The translations under genes were made by a program, and so were the position numbers. From contig CAYJSI010000001.1 of NCBI GenBank assembly GCA_964373045.1, positions 31,650-95,649 of the forward strand: a stretch of DNA of 64,000 nucleotides, given 5' to 3'. The stretch comes from an uncultured bacterium (GTDB lineage: Bacteria > Omnitrophota > Omnitrophia > Omnitrophales > Aquincolibacteriaceae). The notes beneath the pieces were generated by a model, which worked only from the letters and a program-made list of their open reading frames with translations, was not told the DNA's origin and did no database searches. Positions 54,227 to 63,958 of this stretch are shown here, one piece after another. The stretch's first letter is position 1. Each line of letters opens with the position of its first letter.

Positions 54227-55798
54227 GTGGTTATGGGACGAACCTTTGAAAACATAGTGAAGGAACCCAAAATTAGGGCAGAGAGCAAGATACGAGCTCT
54301 TGAAGAGCTTGCCGATATTGCCAATGCCCTCAAAGCTGAGGGAAAGAAAATTGTCCATTGTCACGGAGTCTTTGATCTCCTCCACGTCGGCCACGTGCGG
54401 CATTTTCATCATGCTAAAAAAATGGGGGACGTCCTTATCGTGACGATCACCCCCGACCGATATGTCAACAAGGGCCCTCACCGACCGGCCTTTTCTGACC
54501 ACCTTCGAGCCGAGGTCATTGCCGCCTTAGAGCCCGTTGATTACGTGGCCATCAACAAGTGGCCCATAGCCACGGAAGCCATTCGTCTTATTCAGCCTCA
54601 TTTTTATGTGAAGGGCTCTGATTACAAGGACGCCGAGAAGGATCCCACGGGAGGGATCAAACTCGAAAACGAGGCCGTAAAGTCGGTGGGGGGACAGCTG
54701 GTTTTTACGGAGGATATCACTTACAGCTCCTCGAACCTGATTAATCGTCATTTTTCTTCGTTTTCGGAGGAGGTCAATGCCTATCGGCTTGAATTTGCTT
54801 CCCGCCACTCCCTGGATGAAATCGTTGGCTGCCTTGACCGCGCCCGCAATCTCAAAGTCCTTGTTGTGGGTGAGGCCATCATTGATGAGTATCAATATGG
54901 TGAGGCTATCGGAAAATCTTCGAAAGAGCCGATGCTGGCTGTGAAGCGGCTTTCTACGGAACAATTCGCCGGCGGATCTCTTGCCGTCGCCAACCACGTC
55001 GCCAATTTTTGCGACCATGTAGGGCTAGTGACTTTTTTAGGCGACCACCATTCTCAGGAAGAATTTATCCGTCAAAATCTCAACTCAAAAATTCAGGCCC
55101 GTTTTTTGTACCGCAAGGATTCGCCGACCATCGTAAAGCAACGATTCATCGAAAGCTATTTCTTCTCCAAAATGATGGAGCTTTATGAGATTAATGACGG
55201 TGCCTTGGATCCTTCGGACAATCAGGCCTTATGCCGTGCGCTGGAGGCTGAAATCGCCGAATACGACGTCGTGATTGTGATGGATTTTGGTCATGGGATG
55301 ATGACCAAAGAGGTTATTGATCTTCTGTGCCGTCGATCCAAATTTTTAGCGGTGAACGCTCAATCCAACGCCGGCAATATAGGGTACCAATCCATCGTCA
55401 AATACCCTCGGGCCGATTATGTTTGTATGGCTGAAAATGAAATCCGGATGGAAGAACGGGACCGGCGGGGCGATTTAAAGCAATTAATTTTGAACTTATC
55501 CAAAAAATTTGATTACGGCAGAATTACCGTAACGCGGGGAAAGTCGGGGTGCATCTGTTATAGTCAGGAGGAAGGATTTGTCGAAGTGCCTGCCTTTGCG
55601 GGAAAAGTCATTGACCGCATGGGGGCCGGAGATGCCTTTCTTTCCTTGACGGCTTTGTGCGTGGCCCAAAAAATTCCATCGGAAGTCGTCGGATTCATCG
55701 GCAATGTTGTCGGCGCCCAAGCCGTGGCCACCGTGGGCCACCGGCGATTTATCGAACGCGCGCCGCTCTATAAACATATCGAGTCCATCTTGAAATAA
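54227..55798 (+). CDS. Bifunctional sugar-phosphate nucleotidyltransferase (HldE domain-II/TagD-like, N-terminal) plus PfkB-family sugar kinase (C-terminal); domain order permuted relative to E. coli HldE
   Basis: N-terminus HCHGVFDLLHVGHVRHF...DVLIVTITPDRYVNKGPHRP...ALEPVDYV aligns with RfaE domain II. The C-terminal half has PfkB motifs (VVGEAIIDEY...GAGDAF). Confidence 0.5.
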   Translation: MVMGRTFENIVKEPKIRAESKIRALEELADIANALKAEGKKIVHCHGVFDLLHVGHVRHFHHAKKMGDVLIVTITPDRYVNKGPHRPAFSDHLRAEVIAALEPVDYVAINKWPIATEAIRLIQPHFYVKGSDYKDAEKDPTGGIKLENEAVKSVGGQLVFTEDITYSSSNLINRHFSSFSEEVNAYRLEFASRHSLDEIVGCLDRARNLKVLVVGEAIIDEYQYGEAIGKSSKEPMLAVKRLSTEQFAGGSLAVANHVANFCDHVGLVTFLGDHHSQEEFIRQNLNSKIQARFLYRKDSPTIVKQRFIESYFFSKMMELYEINDGALDPSDNQALCRALEAEIAEYDVVIVMDFGHGMMTKEVIDLLCRRSKFLAVNAQSNAGNIGYQSIVKYPRADYVCMAENEIRMEERDRRGDLKQLILNLSKKFDYGRITVTRGKSGCICYSQEEGFVEVPAFAGKVIDRMGAGDAFLSLTALCVAQKIPSEVVGFIGNVVGAQAVATVGHRRFIERAPLYKHIESILK

Positions 55799-55800
55799 AA

Positions 55801-56796
55801 ATGGAAAAAAGCGCCTCAAGCATCCTCACCAAGAACGGTATTTTGCTTAAATGCTACCGGGACATGCTGCGCATCCGCCGGGTCGAAGAACGCATTGCGG
55901 AACTTTATCCGGAACAGGAAATGCGCTGTCCAGTTCATCTTTGCATCGGCCAGGAAGCGATTGCGGTCGGTGTGGCCGCGGCGCTCGATAAAAAGGACTA
56001 CGTTTTAAGCAACCACCGGTCCCACGGACATTACTTAAGCAAGGGCGGCAATCTCAAGGCCATGATGGCCGAGCTTTACGGAAAAGCCACCGGATGTACT
56101 CAGGGCAAGGGCGGATCCATGCACCTGATGGATCTTAGCGTGGGTTTTTTGGGCGCCGCGCCGATCGTAAGCAGTACCATCCCCCTGGCCGTCGGAGCCG
56201 CCTTCGGATCCGTGATGAAAAAAGAAAAGAAGGTGACGGTTCCTTTCTTCGGGGAAGCCGCAACCGAAGAGGGTGTCTTTCACGAGAGTCTCAACTTCGC
56301 TCAGCTCAAAAAACTTCCCGTCATCTTTGTCTGTGAAAATAATTTATACTCTGTCTATTCTCCCTTGTCCGTGCGCCAGCCCCGCGAGCGCCAGATCTTT
56401 GAAATGGCCGAAGGCCACGGAATGGTAAGTTGCCAGGCGGACGGCAATGACGTTGAATCGGTAGCCGCCTTAGCCCAAGAGGCCGTGGCTAGGGCGCGGC
56501 GGGGAGAGGGACCGACCTTTTTAGAATTCATGACCTACCGTTGGCTCGAGCATTGCGGCCCGAATGATGATACGAGTGCGGGTTATCGAAGCGAGGCGGA
56601 ATGTCAGGAGTGGCGCAAGAAATGCCCGATTCAACGCGCTGAAAAAAAATTAAGGGAATCGGGGGACCTCACGGAAGAAGCGATTGACTCCATGCACCAA
56701 GAACTGGACGCAGAGATTGCAGAGGCCGTGACCTTTGCCAAACAAAGTCCGTTTCCTGCAAAAAATCTCGTTTGGGAGCACATCTACGCGTCATGA
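55801..56796 (+). CDS. Thiamine-diphosphate-dependent dehydrogenase E1 component, alpha subunit (pyruvate/acetoin dehydrogenase E1-alpha-like)
   Basis: YRDMLRIRRVEERIAELY, HLCIGQEAIAVG, GKGGSMHL and FGEAATEEGVFHESLNFA are E1-alpha TPP-binding signatures. Confidence 0.7.
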   Translation: MEKSASSILTKNGILLKCYRDMLRIRRVEERIAELYPEQEMRCPVHLCIGQEAIAVGVAAALDKKDYVLSNHRSHGHYLSKGGNLKAMMAELYGKATGCTQGKGGSMHLMDLSVGFLGAAPIVSSTIPLAVGAAFGSVMKKEKKVTVPFFGEAATEEGVFHESLNFAQLKKLPVIFVCENNLYSVYSPLSVRQPRERQIFEMAEGHGMVSCQADGNDVESVAALAQEAVARARRGEGPTFLEFMTYRWLEHCGPNDDTSAGYRSEAECQEWRKKCPIQRAEKKLRESGDLTEEAIDSMHQELDAEIAEAVTFAKQSPFPAKNLVWEHIYAS

Positions 56797-57857
56797 CCCG
56801 CCACCTTAAATTTTTCCAAGCCATCCACGAAGCCACCGACCTTGCGATGGAAAAAGATCCGCGTGTCTATTTGATGGGTCTGGGCGTCCCCGACCCCAAG
56901 GGCATTTTTGGAACTACGCTCGGGCTGCAGCAAAAATACGGACCGGGACGCGTCATGGATATGCCGACGGCGGAAAACGGCATGACCGGTGTCGCCATCG
57001 GCTCCGCCATGGTGGGAATGCGTCCCTTGATGGTCTTTCAGCGCGTCGACTTTGCGCTGCTTGCCATGGATCAAATTGTGAACACGGCGGCCAAATGGCA
57101 TTACATGTACGGCGGCAGAGAAAATATTCCCATGGTTATGCGTCTCATTATTGGACGCGGATGGGGACAGGGGGCTCAGCACGCGCAAAGCCTGCAGGCC
57201 TGGTTTGCTCACGTACCGGGTCTCAAAGTGATCATGCCGGCGACCCCGCACGATGCCAAGGGATTGCTGCTTGCCAGTATCGAAGATAATAATCCCGTCA
57301 TTTTCCTCGAGCACCGTTGGCTTCATAACACGTTTGGACCCGTGCCGGAAGGCTACTATACCGTTCCGATCGGAAAGGCCCGTGTCGCCCGCGAGGGAAA
57401 AGACGTTACCATCGCCGCCACATCCCAGATGTTCGTCGAGGCCTTGCATGCGGCTCAAATCCTAAGCGAGCAGGCTCAAATTGAGGCCGAGGTTGTGGAC
57501 ATCCGAACCTTGAGACCGCTCGATTCAGAAACGATTCTTAGGTCTGTAGCCAAGACGGGGCGTCTTATCGTGGCAGACACCGGTTGGAAAACGGGCGGAT
57601 TTGCGGGCGAAGTGATTGCGGTTGCAGCCGAGAAAGCGTGGGATGTCTTGAAATCTCCGCCAAGAAGGGTTGCCTCGGAAGACTGTCCTGTGCCCACAAG
57701 CCAGGCCCTTTCCATCCATTGCTATTCTCGAACCATGGATATCGTTTATCAGGTTTGTGAGATGGTTGGATCCGACAAGGAAAGCATTCGAGTTCCCGAG
57801 GAAATTTTAGCCGTACCGGCCGATATCCCCGATGCCAGCTTCGCAGGTCCTTTTTAA
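56793..57857 (+). CDS. Thiamine-diphosphate-dependent dehydrogenase E1 component, beta subunit
   Basis: FQAIHEATDLAMEKDPRVYLMGLGV, ENGMTGVAIGSAMVGMRP and the transketolase C-terminal-like region. The ATG overlaps the alpha-subunit stop (ATGA). Confidence 0.7.
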   Translation: MTRHLKFFQAIHEATDLAMEKDPRVYLMGLGVPDPKGIFGTTLGLQQKYGPGRVMDMPTAENGMTGVAIGSAMVGMRPLMVFQRVDFALLAMDQIVNTAAKWHYMYGGRENIPMVMRLIIGRGWGQGAQHAQSLQAWFAHVPGLKVIMPATPHDAKGLLLASIEDNNPVIFLEHRWLHNTFGPVPEGYYTVPIGKARVAREGKDVTIAATSQMFVEALHAAQILSEQAQIEAEVVDIRTLRPLDSETILRSVAKTGRLIVADTGWKTGGFAGEVIAVAAEKAWDVLKSPPRRVASEDCPVPTSQALSIHCYSRTMDIVYQVCEMVGSDKESIRVPEEILAVPADIPDASFAGPF

Positions 57858-59003
57858 ATGAAAACTTCCGTTATTCAGCCGCAAACGCAATCCTCAGCAC
57901 GCCAAATTCCGTACGTGAATATTGCCCGGCAGCACGCCCCGCTCAAGGCCCGCCTGCTCGAGGCCATCGGCCGCGTGATCGATAGCGGTCAATTTATTTT
58001 AGGAGATGAGGTTCAAACCTTTGAGAAACGCTTTGCGGCGTTTTGCGGCGTTCGTTTTGCCGTCACGGTTAATTCGGGCACAGATGCTCTTATTCTGGCA
58101 TTGCGTGCCTTAAATATCGGTCCAGGGGACGAGGTAATCACGGCGCCGAATTCATTTGTTTCCTCGGCAGCCTGCATTGTCATGGTGGGCGCTCGGCCTG
58201 TCTTTGCCGATATCGGTGCGGATTACAATATCGATCCGGCCAAAATCGAAAAGGCCGTTACTTCGAAAACGAAAGCCATTTTACCGGTTCATTTAACAGG
58301 CCGGCCTGCAGATATGGACGCTATCCTAAAAATTGCCAGCACCCGCAGACTCGCCGTCGTAGAAGACTGTGCCCAAGCAGGGGGCGCCGAATATCGGGGT
58401 CGGAAAGTCGGCTCCTTTGGCAGGTTGGGTTGCTTTAGCCTGCATCCTCTTAAAACATTGAATGCCTGCGGTGACGGCGGCATCATTACGACAGACGATC
58501 AGGCCTTATACCAAAGACTCAATTTGTTACGCAATTTAGGCCTTGAAAAACGCGAGAATAGTGTCCTTTGGAGCAGCAATTCACGCCTGGATACTATGCA
58601 GGCCGCCGCCCTGCTTGTCAAAATGGATTACCTGGAGGAGTGGACAGAGAAAAGGCGCCGGAATGCCGCCTTCTATCAAAGAAATTTGGTCGGAATTGTG
58701 GAAGTGCAAACACCGGTTGATCGCTCCCATGAAAAGGCCGTCTACCACACCTTCGTGATTCTGGCGGAAAGAAGGGACGAGCTTAAAACCTTTCTTTTTC
58801 AAAACGGCATTGGCACCAACATTCATTATCCCATCCCCATTCATCTTCAGTCGACGGCTCAATCGTTGGGATACGGACCCGGTTCTTTTCCAGTGACAGA
58901 ATCGCAGGCTAAAAAAATATTGAGTCTGCCCGTTTATCCCGAACTGTCCGCTTCAGATTTGGAATACATCGTTCAAAAAATTGAAGAGTTTTACAACCGA
59001 TAA
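57858..59003 (+). CDS. DegT/DnrJ/EryC1/StrS-family PLP/PMP sugar aminotransferase or dehydrase
   Basis: GDEVQTFEKRFAAFCG, VNSGTDAL, SLHPLKTLNACGDGG (Lys). Confidence 0.7.
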   Translation: MKTSVIQPQTQSSARQIPYVNIARQHAPLKARLLEAIGRVIDSGQFILGDEVQTFEKRFAAFCGVRFAVTVNSGTDALILALRALNIGPGDEVITAPNSFVSSAACIVMVGARPVFADIGADYNIDPAKIEKAVTSKTKAILPVHLTGRPADMDAILKIASTRRLAVVEDCAQAGGAEYRGRKVGSFGRLGCFSLHPLKTLNACGDGGIITTDDQALYQRLNLLRNLGLEKRENSVLWSSNSRLDTMQAAALLVKMDYLEEWTEKRRRNAAFYQRNLVGIVEVQTPVDRSHEKAVYHTFVILAERRDELKTFLFQNGIGTNIHYPIPIHLQSTAQSLGYGPGSFPVTESQAKKILSLPVYPELSASDLEYIVQKIEEFYNR

Positions 59004-59005
59004 CC

Positions 59006-60121
59006 ATGACCACCAAAACGATTCAGGTGAAATTTTCATACCTAGATAGGCAGTTTGAAGACATCGAGCCTTATTTAAACGATATTCGCACACTTGTACT
59101 CTCAGGTGATTTTACCCTCGGCCGCGCCGTTCAAGAATTTGAGACACGATTCGCCAAACTTTGCGAGATGCCCTTTGCGGTCGGCGTAGGTTCCGGAACG
59201 GATGCCATTGCCCTTGCCTTGCGTGCGCAGGGGATCGGACCCGGCGATGAAGTCATCACCCCATCCATGACCTTTATTGCCACCGTAGGGGCCATTGTCA
59301 TGACCGGGGCGAAACCTGTCTTTGTGGATAGTGAAAACGGTTTTGTGATTGACACACAAAGAATCGAGGCGGCGATCACCCCCAAAACAAAAGCCATTGT
59401 TCCCGTCCACTATACCGGCAACGTGCCCGATATGCCCCGCATCAAAGCCCTTGCGGAGAAGCAAGGCCTGCTCGTCGTAGAAGACGCGTGCCAATCGATG
59501 GCCGCGAGGCTAAACGATCAGCCGGTGGGTACGTGGGGGAGTGCGGCTTGTTTCAGTTTGCATCCCTTAAAGAATCTTAACGTATGGGGAGACGCGGGGG
59601 TGATTGTCACGCGTTCTAAAAAGCTGGCGGATGAATTAAGGCTCTGGCGTAATCACGGACTTAAAAATCGTGATGAGGTCGCCCTCTTTGGATGGAATTC
59701 CAGACTGGACACTCTTCAGGCTGTCATCGGAAACCGTCTGATCGATCAAACGGATTTCATCACCCGTCAGCGCATTGAAAATGCCAAGCGCTATGACGAA
59801 GGGCTAAGCGCCATTCCTCAGATTCGGGTCCCCGCGCGCCGCCCAGGAGTCAAACATGTCTATCACTTGTATATTGTCCGCGCCGAGCGCCGCAACGAGC
59901 TGCTTACCTATTTGAATCAAAACGACGTGGAGGCCAAGGTGCATTATCCCATCCCGGTCCATTTGCAGGAAGCGGCGAAATCCTTAGGGTATAAAAAAGG
60001 GGATTTCCCGATTTGCGAGGAAGACTGTCGCAACATGATCACCTTGCCGGCACATCAGCATCTCACCCCGGATGAGATCGATTATGCGATCGATCAAGTG
60101 CGCTCCTTTTACAAGAAGTAA
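59006..60121 (+). CDS. DegT/DnrJ/EryC1/StrS-family PLP/PMP sugar aminotransferase or dehydrase
   Basis: GRAVQEFETRFAKLCE, VGSGTDAI, SLHPLKNLNVWGDAG (Lys). Confidence 0.7.
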   Translation: MTTKTIQVKFSYLDRQFEDIEPYLNDIRTLVLSGDFTLGRAVQEFETRFAKLCEMPFAVGVGSGTDAIALALRAQGIGPGDEVITPSMTFIATVGAIVMTGAKPVFVDSENGFVIDTQRIEAAITPKTKAIVPVHYTGNVPDMPRIKALAEKQGLLVVEDACQSMAARLNDQPVGTWGSAACFSLHPLKNLNVWGDAGVIVTRSKKLADELRLWRNHGLKNRDEVALFGWNSRLDTLQAVIGNRLIDQTDFITRQRIENAKRYDEGLSAIPQIRVPARRPGVKHVYHLYIVRAERRNELLTYLNQNDVEAKVHYPIPVHLQEAAKSLGYKKGDFPICEEDCRNMITLPAHQHLTPDEIDYAIDQVRSFYKK

Positions 60122-60213
60122 CTCAAAAAAATGACGGCGCCCACACAATCGCCCATCACGAACGAAAGAATCGGGGCTTTTAAAACTTTTAAAGCAAAAT
60201 TCAAGACGATAAC

Positions 60214-61911
60214 ATGGCTCACGTGAAACAACCTTCTTACATGCTGCCGAGGAACATTGCATATACAAAACCTCCGAATCCGTTAGCGGTCGATGATGCT
60301 TTTGCGAGATATGCCAATCCGGACCCAACGACAAGCCGCACGATCACACTGATTAAGCCCCCAATCTTCTTCTCTAAAAATTCGTACAGCACCCCTTTAA
60401 CTATGCCGCTTGGCTTGGCTTATCTAGCGGCCGTTCTTGAAAAGGCTGGATATCGAGCGAAGATCATCGATTGTCCTGCTCTGGGCTTGGATCAGATCCG
60501 GTTGACATCCAATGGGCGTTTCAAAGTACAGGGTCTCGAGGATGAAAAATCGATCGAAAGGATCGACCGCAAATCCGACATCATTGGTATCACCATCATG
60601 TTTTCTGAAGAATGGCCGCATGTTCGCGATTATATCAATAAGATTCGGCAAGCGTTTCCTGAACAAACGATCATTGTTGGAGGTGAACATCCCACGGCAA
60701 TGCCCGAATATACTTTGCGAGACTGTCCTACGATCGATTATTTGGTGACGGGTGAAGGGGAATTGACCTTGCTCGAATTAGTCTACAGGTTGCGTTCCGG
60801 TCAATCGGTCCATGATGTCAACGGGATCGCTTATCTTGAGGGTAAAAAATTTTATCAGAAAGGGCTCTCTCCACGACTCACAGAAATAAGAGGAATACCT
60901 TGGCCTGCATGGCACCTTATTGATGTGCAAGCTTATTTTCATCCGAACTATACGATGGGTATTGGATACGGCAAAAATATGGCAATGCTTGCAACGCGCG
61001 GCTGTCCCTATCAATGCACTTTCTGTTCGAATCCACAGATGTGGACAACCCGCTACGTCATGCGTCCCGTCAAAGATGTCGTCGATGAAATCGTTCACAA
61101 TATTGAAACCTATGGCGCAAACAGTATCGACTTTTATGACCTTACGGCCATTGTAAAACGTGAATGGATCCTAGACTTTATCGCCGAGCTTGAAAGTCGT
61201 GCTGTTCATATTGTATGGCAGCTCCCTTCTGGAACCCGATCAGAAATTTTGGATGAACCGGTCCTTAAAGGGCTTGCGAAAACAGGTTGCGGTTTTTTGG
61301 TTTACGCTCCAGAGAGCGGCTCGCAAAAAACTCTCGATATGATTAAAAAGAGAGTGAATCTCAAAAATCTTCAACGCTCCGTTCGTACGGCACTACGGTA
61401 CGGCATTGTGGTGAAGATCAATTTTATTATCGGATTTCCTTTCGAAACGAGAAGCGACATTTTTAAAACACTCCTTTTTATCTGGAAGCTTGCTCTCATC
61501 AAAGCCGATGACTGCAACATTTCTACATTTTCGCCTTATCCAGGATCTGAACTATTTTTGGAACTTGATAAAGAAGGCACATTCGGCAAAATCAGCGATC
61601 GCTATTTTGAAAATTTGATGACACAATTCGATTTCACTGTAACCCAGACATTTTGCCGTCATGTGGGCTCTGCGGAAATAGTGCTTTACCGTATTTTTGG
61701 GATGTCTCTATTTTATATTCTGAGTTATCTCCGCAGGCCCGGCCGTTTGATAAGCTTAGTCAAATGCTTATTTCAAAAAGGGCCTTTCCAACCTAAAAGT
61801 TTGTTTGAACAACGAATCTATGACGTGGTCGCTCGGCGTCGACAAAGTGCTTCCATCGCGAATGTAAAGAGGGACGAGACTCCAGCGGTACTGGTTGCAA
61901 CGCAAAAATAA
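60214..61911 (+). CDS. Class B (B12-binding) radical SAM enzyme, candidate C-methyltransferase
   Basis: The N-terminal B12-binding domain (LGLAYLAAVLEKAGYRAKIIDC...IIVGGEHPT) is followed by TRGCPYQCTFC (CxxxCxxC). Confidence 0.6.
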   Translation: MAHVKQPSYMLPRNIAYTKPPNPLAVDDAFARYANPDPTTSRTITLIKPPIFFSKNSYSTPLTMPLGLAYLAAVLEKAGYRAKIIDCPALGLDQIRLTSNGRFKVQGLEDEKSIERIDRKSDIIGITIMFSEEWPHVRDYINKIRQAFPEQTIIVGGEHPTAMPEYTLRDCPTIDYLVTGEGELTLLELVYRLRSGQSVHDVNGIAYLEGKKFYQKGLSPRLTEIRGIPWPAWHLIDVQAYFHPNYTMGIGYGKNMAMLATRGCPYQCTFCSNPQMWTTRYVMRPVKDVVDEIVHNIETYGANSIDFYDLTAIVKREWILDFIAELESRAVHIVWQLPSGTRSEILDEPVLKGLAKTGCGFLVYAPESGSQKTLDMIKKRVNLKNLQRSVRTALRYGIVVKINFIIGFPFETRSDIFKTLLFIWKLALIKADDCNISTFSPYPGSELFLELDKEGTFGKISDRYFENLMTQFDFTVTQTFCRHVGSAEIVLYRIFGMSLFYILSYLRRPGRLISLVKCLFQKGPFQPKSLFEQRIYDVVARRRQSASIANVKRDETPAVLVATQK

Positions 61912-62036
61912 TTGCATCATGTCTTTAAGCCAAACAACCCTTTGCTTGAATTATTTTTCGCGTTATCGATGAGGCCGCTTGCGCCTGACATCACAGTGTG
62001 CGTTTTGTCTTTGCATGGAGATTCCAAAACTTGGAA

Positions 62037-62804
62037 ATGAAAGCAGTTATTTTGGCGGGTGGGCGCGGAACGCGCCTCAGCGAGGAAACCGATAGCATCC
62101 CAAAACCCATGGTTCTCATTGGGGGGAAGCCGATTCTGTGGCACATCATGAAGACTTATTCTGCGTACGGGATAAACGACTTCATCATCTGCTGTGGATA
62201 CAAAGGTTATGTGATCAAGGAATATTTCGCCAATTATTTTCTTCATATGTCGGACGTTACTTTCAATCTGGCAAAAAATAGCATGGAGGTGCATCAGAAC
62301 TCCGCAGAACCATGGCGCGTTACTTTGGTCGATACGGGTGAACATACGATGACCGGTGGACGGCTCAGACGCATTGCCAATTACGTGAAGGGTGGAACTT
62401 TTTGCATGACCTACGGCGATGGCGTTGGCAACATCAATATGAATGAATTGATTGAGTTTCATAGGAAGGGGCGATATCTGGCAACTGTTACCGCAGTTCG
62501 CCCCCCAGGCCGTTTTGGTTCTTTGATTATTGACAAAGGCAGGGTGACTCATTTCTGTGAAAAAGTTCCTGGAGACGGCGGGTGGATCAACGGTGGTTTT
62601 TTTGTTTTAGAACCGCAAGTAATCGATTACATTCAAGATGATTCGACGTTGTGGGAGCGGGACACGATGCGGATCTTGGCTGAAGATGGAAAACTTGCTG
62701 CCTTCCAATATTATAACTTCTGGCAGCCGATGGACACCCTGAGAGATAAAAAACATTTAGAAACTCTCTGGGAGTCCGGCCAAGCGCCGTGGAAGGTTTG
62801 GTAA
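62037..62804 (+). CDS. rfbF: Glucose-1-phosphate cytidylyltransferase
   Basis: [26 protein letters not shown]...[11 protein letters not shown]...LVDTG...GGRL is highly characteristic of RfbF/DdhA. The ATG at 62037 is preferred over the track start at 61998. Confidence 0.75.
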   Translation: MKAVILAGGRGTRLSEETDSIPKPMVLIGGKPILWHIMKTYSAYGINDFIICCGYKGYVIKEYFANYFLHMSDVTFNLAKNSMEVHQNSAEPWRVTLVDTGEHTMTGGRLRRIANYVKGGTFCMTYGDGVGNINMNELIEFHRKGRYLATVTAVRPPGRFGSLIIDKGRVTHFCEKVPGDGGWINGGFFVLEPQVIDYIQDDSTLWERDTMRILAEDGKLAAFQYYNFWQPMDTLRDKKHLETLWESGQAPWKVW

Positions 62805-63958
62805 TGGATACATCAGGTTTGTTTCATGAGTTTTTTCGCAACAAGACGATACTCGTCACGGGACATACCGGTTTTAAAGGATCATGGCTCTCACTTTGGT
62901 TGCGAGAACTCGGGGCAAATGTCGTCGGATATTCTCTTCAGCCACCTTCACAGCCCAACTTATTTGAACGATGTGGTCTCGATAAAAAGATTCGATCTAC
63001 TTTCGGAGATATTAGAGATCTGAACCACCTCCGAGACGTCATTTCTGAGACAAAACCTCACGTCGTCTTTCACTTAGCCGCACAACCATTGGTTCGCACC
63101 TCTTATCTCACGCCTGTGGAAACTTTTTCGACGAATGTGATCGGTACGGTTCATGTGTTAGAAGCGGTCCGCCAAGCGGGCTCCTCGGTACGCGTGTGTC
63201 AGACCGTAACTTCGGACAAATGTTATGAAAATCTAGAAACAGAGCACACTTATGCCGAAACGGACTCCATGGGTGGGCGCGATCCTTATAGCGCAAGCAA
63301 AGGTGCTGCGGAATTAACGATTGCGGCCTATCGATGCTCTTTTTTTCCACCTCAAATGATTCATGAGCATGGGGTATCGCTAAGTTCCGTTCGAGCTGGA
63401 AATGTCCTGGGGGGAGGGGATTGGGGCGAAGGTCGTCTTTTACCTGACTGTGTCCGTGCCCTCTCAAAAAACCAGTCTATCGAAATCAGAAATCCAACTG
63501 CCGTACGCCCATGGCAATATGTCCTTGACGCACTGTCGGGAAATCTGCATCTCGCGGAACAGCAGGCGAGCGGCTCAGCGATCTATGCCGATGGGTGGAA
63601 TTTTGGTCCCGATGTCACTGAAGGTTTAAGGGTGGCGGACCTTACCGAAAAAGTGATTCAGCATTGGGGCTCCGGAAATTGGTTTCACGCCAACGGCAAC
63701 AACGTATCAGAACGAAACTCCTTCCGTGAGGCCAAACTCCTGAGGTTAGATTGTTCCAAAGCGAACAGACTTTTGAACTGGCGTCCTGTCTTTAATAGCG
63801 AAGAATGCATAGCAGAAACCGTACGTTGGTACAAGCTCGCGTATCAAGACACGAACTTCGACGCTTTTACATACACAATGGACTGCATCAAAAAATACAT
63901 CAAAGCTGCAAAAGAACGTGGGGCACCATGGGCCATTCAACAAAAAGCGTTCCGATAA
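62804..63958 (+). CDS. rfbG: CDP-glucose 4,6-dehydratase
   Basis: KTILVTGHTGFKGSWLSLWL, FHLAAQPLVRTSY and YSASK (YxxxK) are RfbG/DdhB signatures. The ATG at 62804 overlaps the rfbF stop. Confidence 0.75.
   Translation: MDTSGLFHEFFRNKTILVTGHTGFKGSWLSLWLRELGANVVGYSLQPPSQPNLFERCGLDKKIRSTFGDIRDLNHLRDVISETKPHVVFHLAAQPLVRTSYLTPVETFSTNVIGTVHVLEAVRQAGSSVRVCQTVTSDKCYENLETEHTYAETDSMGGRDPYSASKGAAELTIAAYRCSFFPPQMIHEHGVSLSSVRAGNVLGGGDWGEGRLLPDCVRALSKNQSIEIRNPTAVRPWQYVLDALSGNLHLAEQQASGSAIYADGWNFGPDVTEGLRVADLTEKVIQHWGSGNWFHANGNNVSERNSFREAKLLRLDCSKANRLLNWRPVFNSEECIAETVRWYKLAYQDTNFDAFTYTMDCIKKYIKAAKERGAPWAIQQKAFR

Noticed and set aside
54074-54502. 142-aa minus-strand ORF spanning the intergenic region and the 5' end of the HldE-like gene
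   Set aside because: It overlaps a predicted promoter and the start of a well-supported plus-strand CDS. No motifs were found, so it is probably spurious.
56784-57458. 224-aa minus-strand ORF
   Set aside because: It is antisense to the E1 beta-subunit gene, which has unambiguous TPP-enzyme motifs.
61917-62552. 211-aa ORF on the minus strand
   Set aside because: It is entirely antisense to the strongly recognisable rfbF (glucose-1-phosphate cytidylyltransferase) coding sequence and has no recognisable motifs, so it is a shadow ORF.
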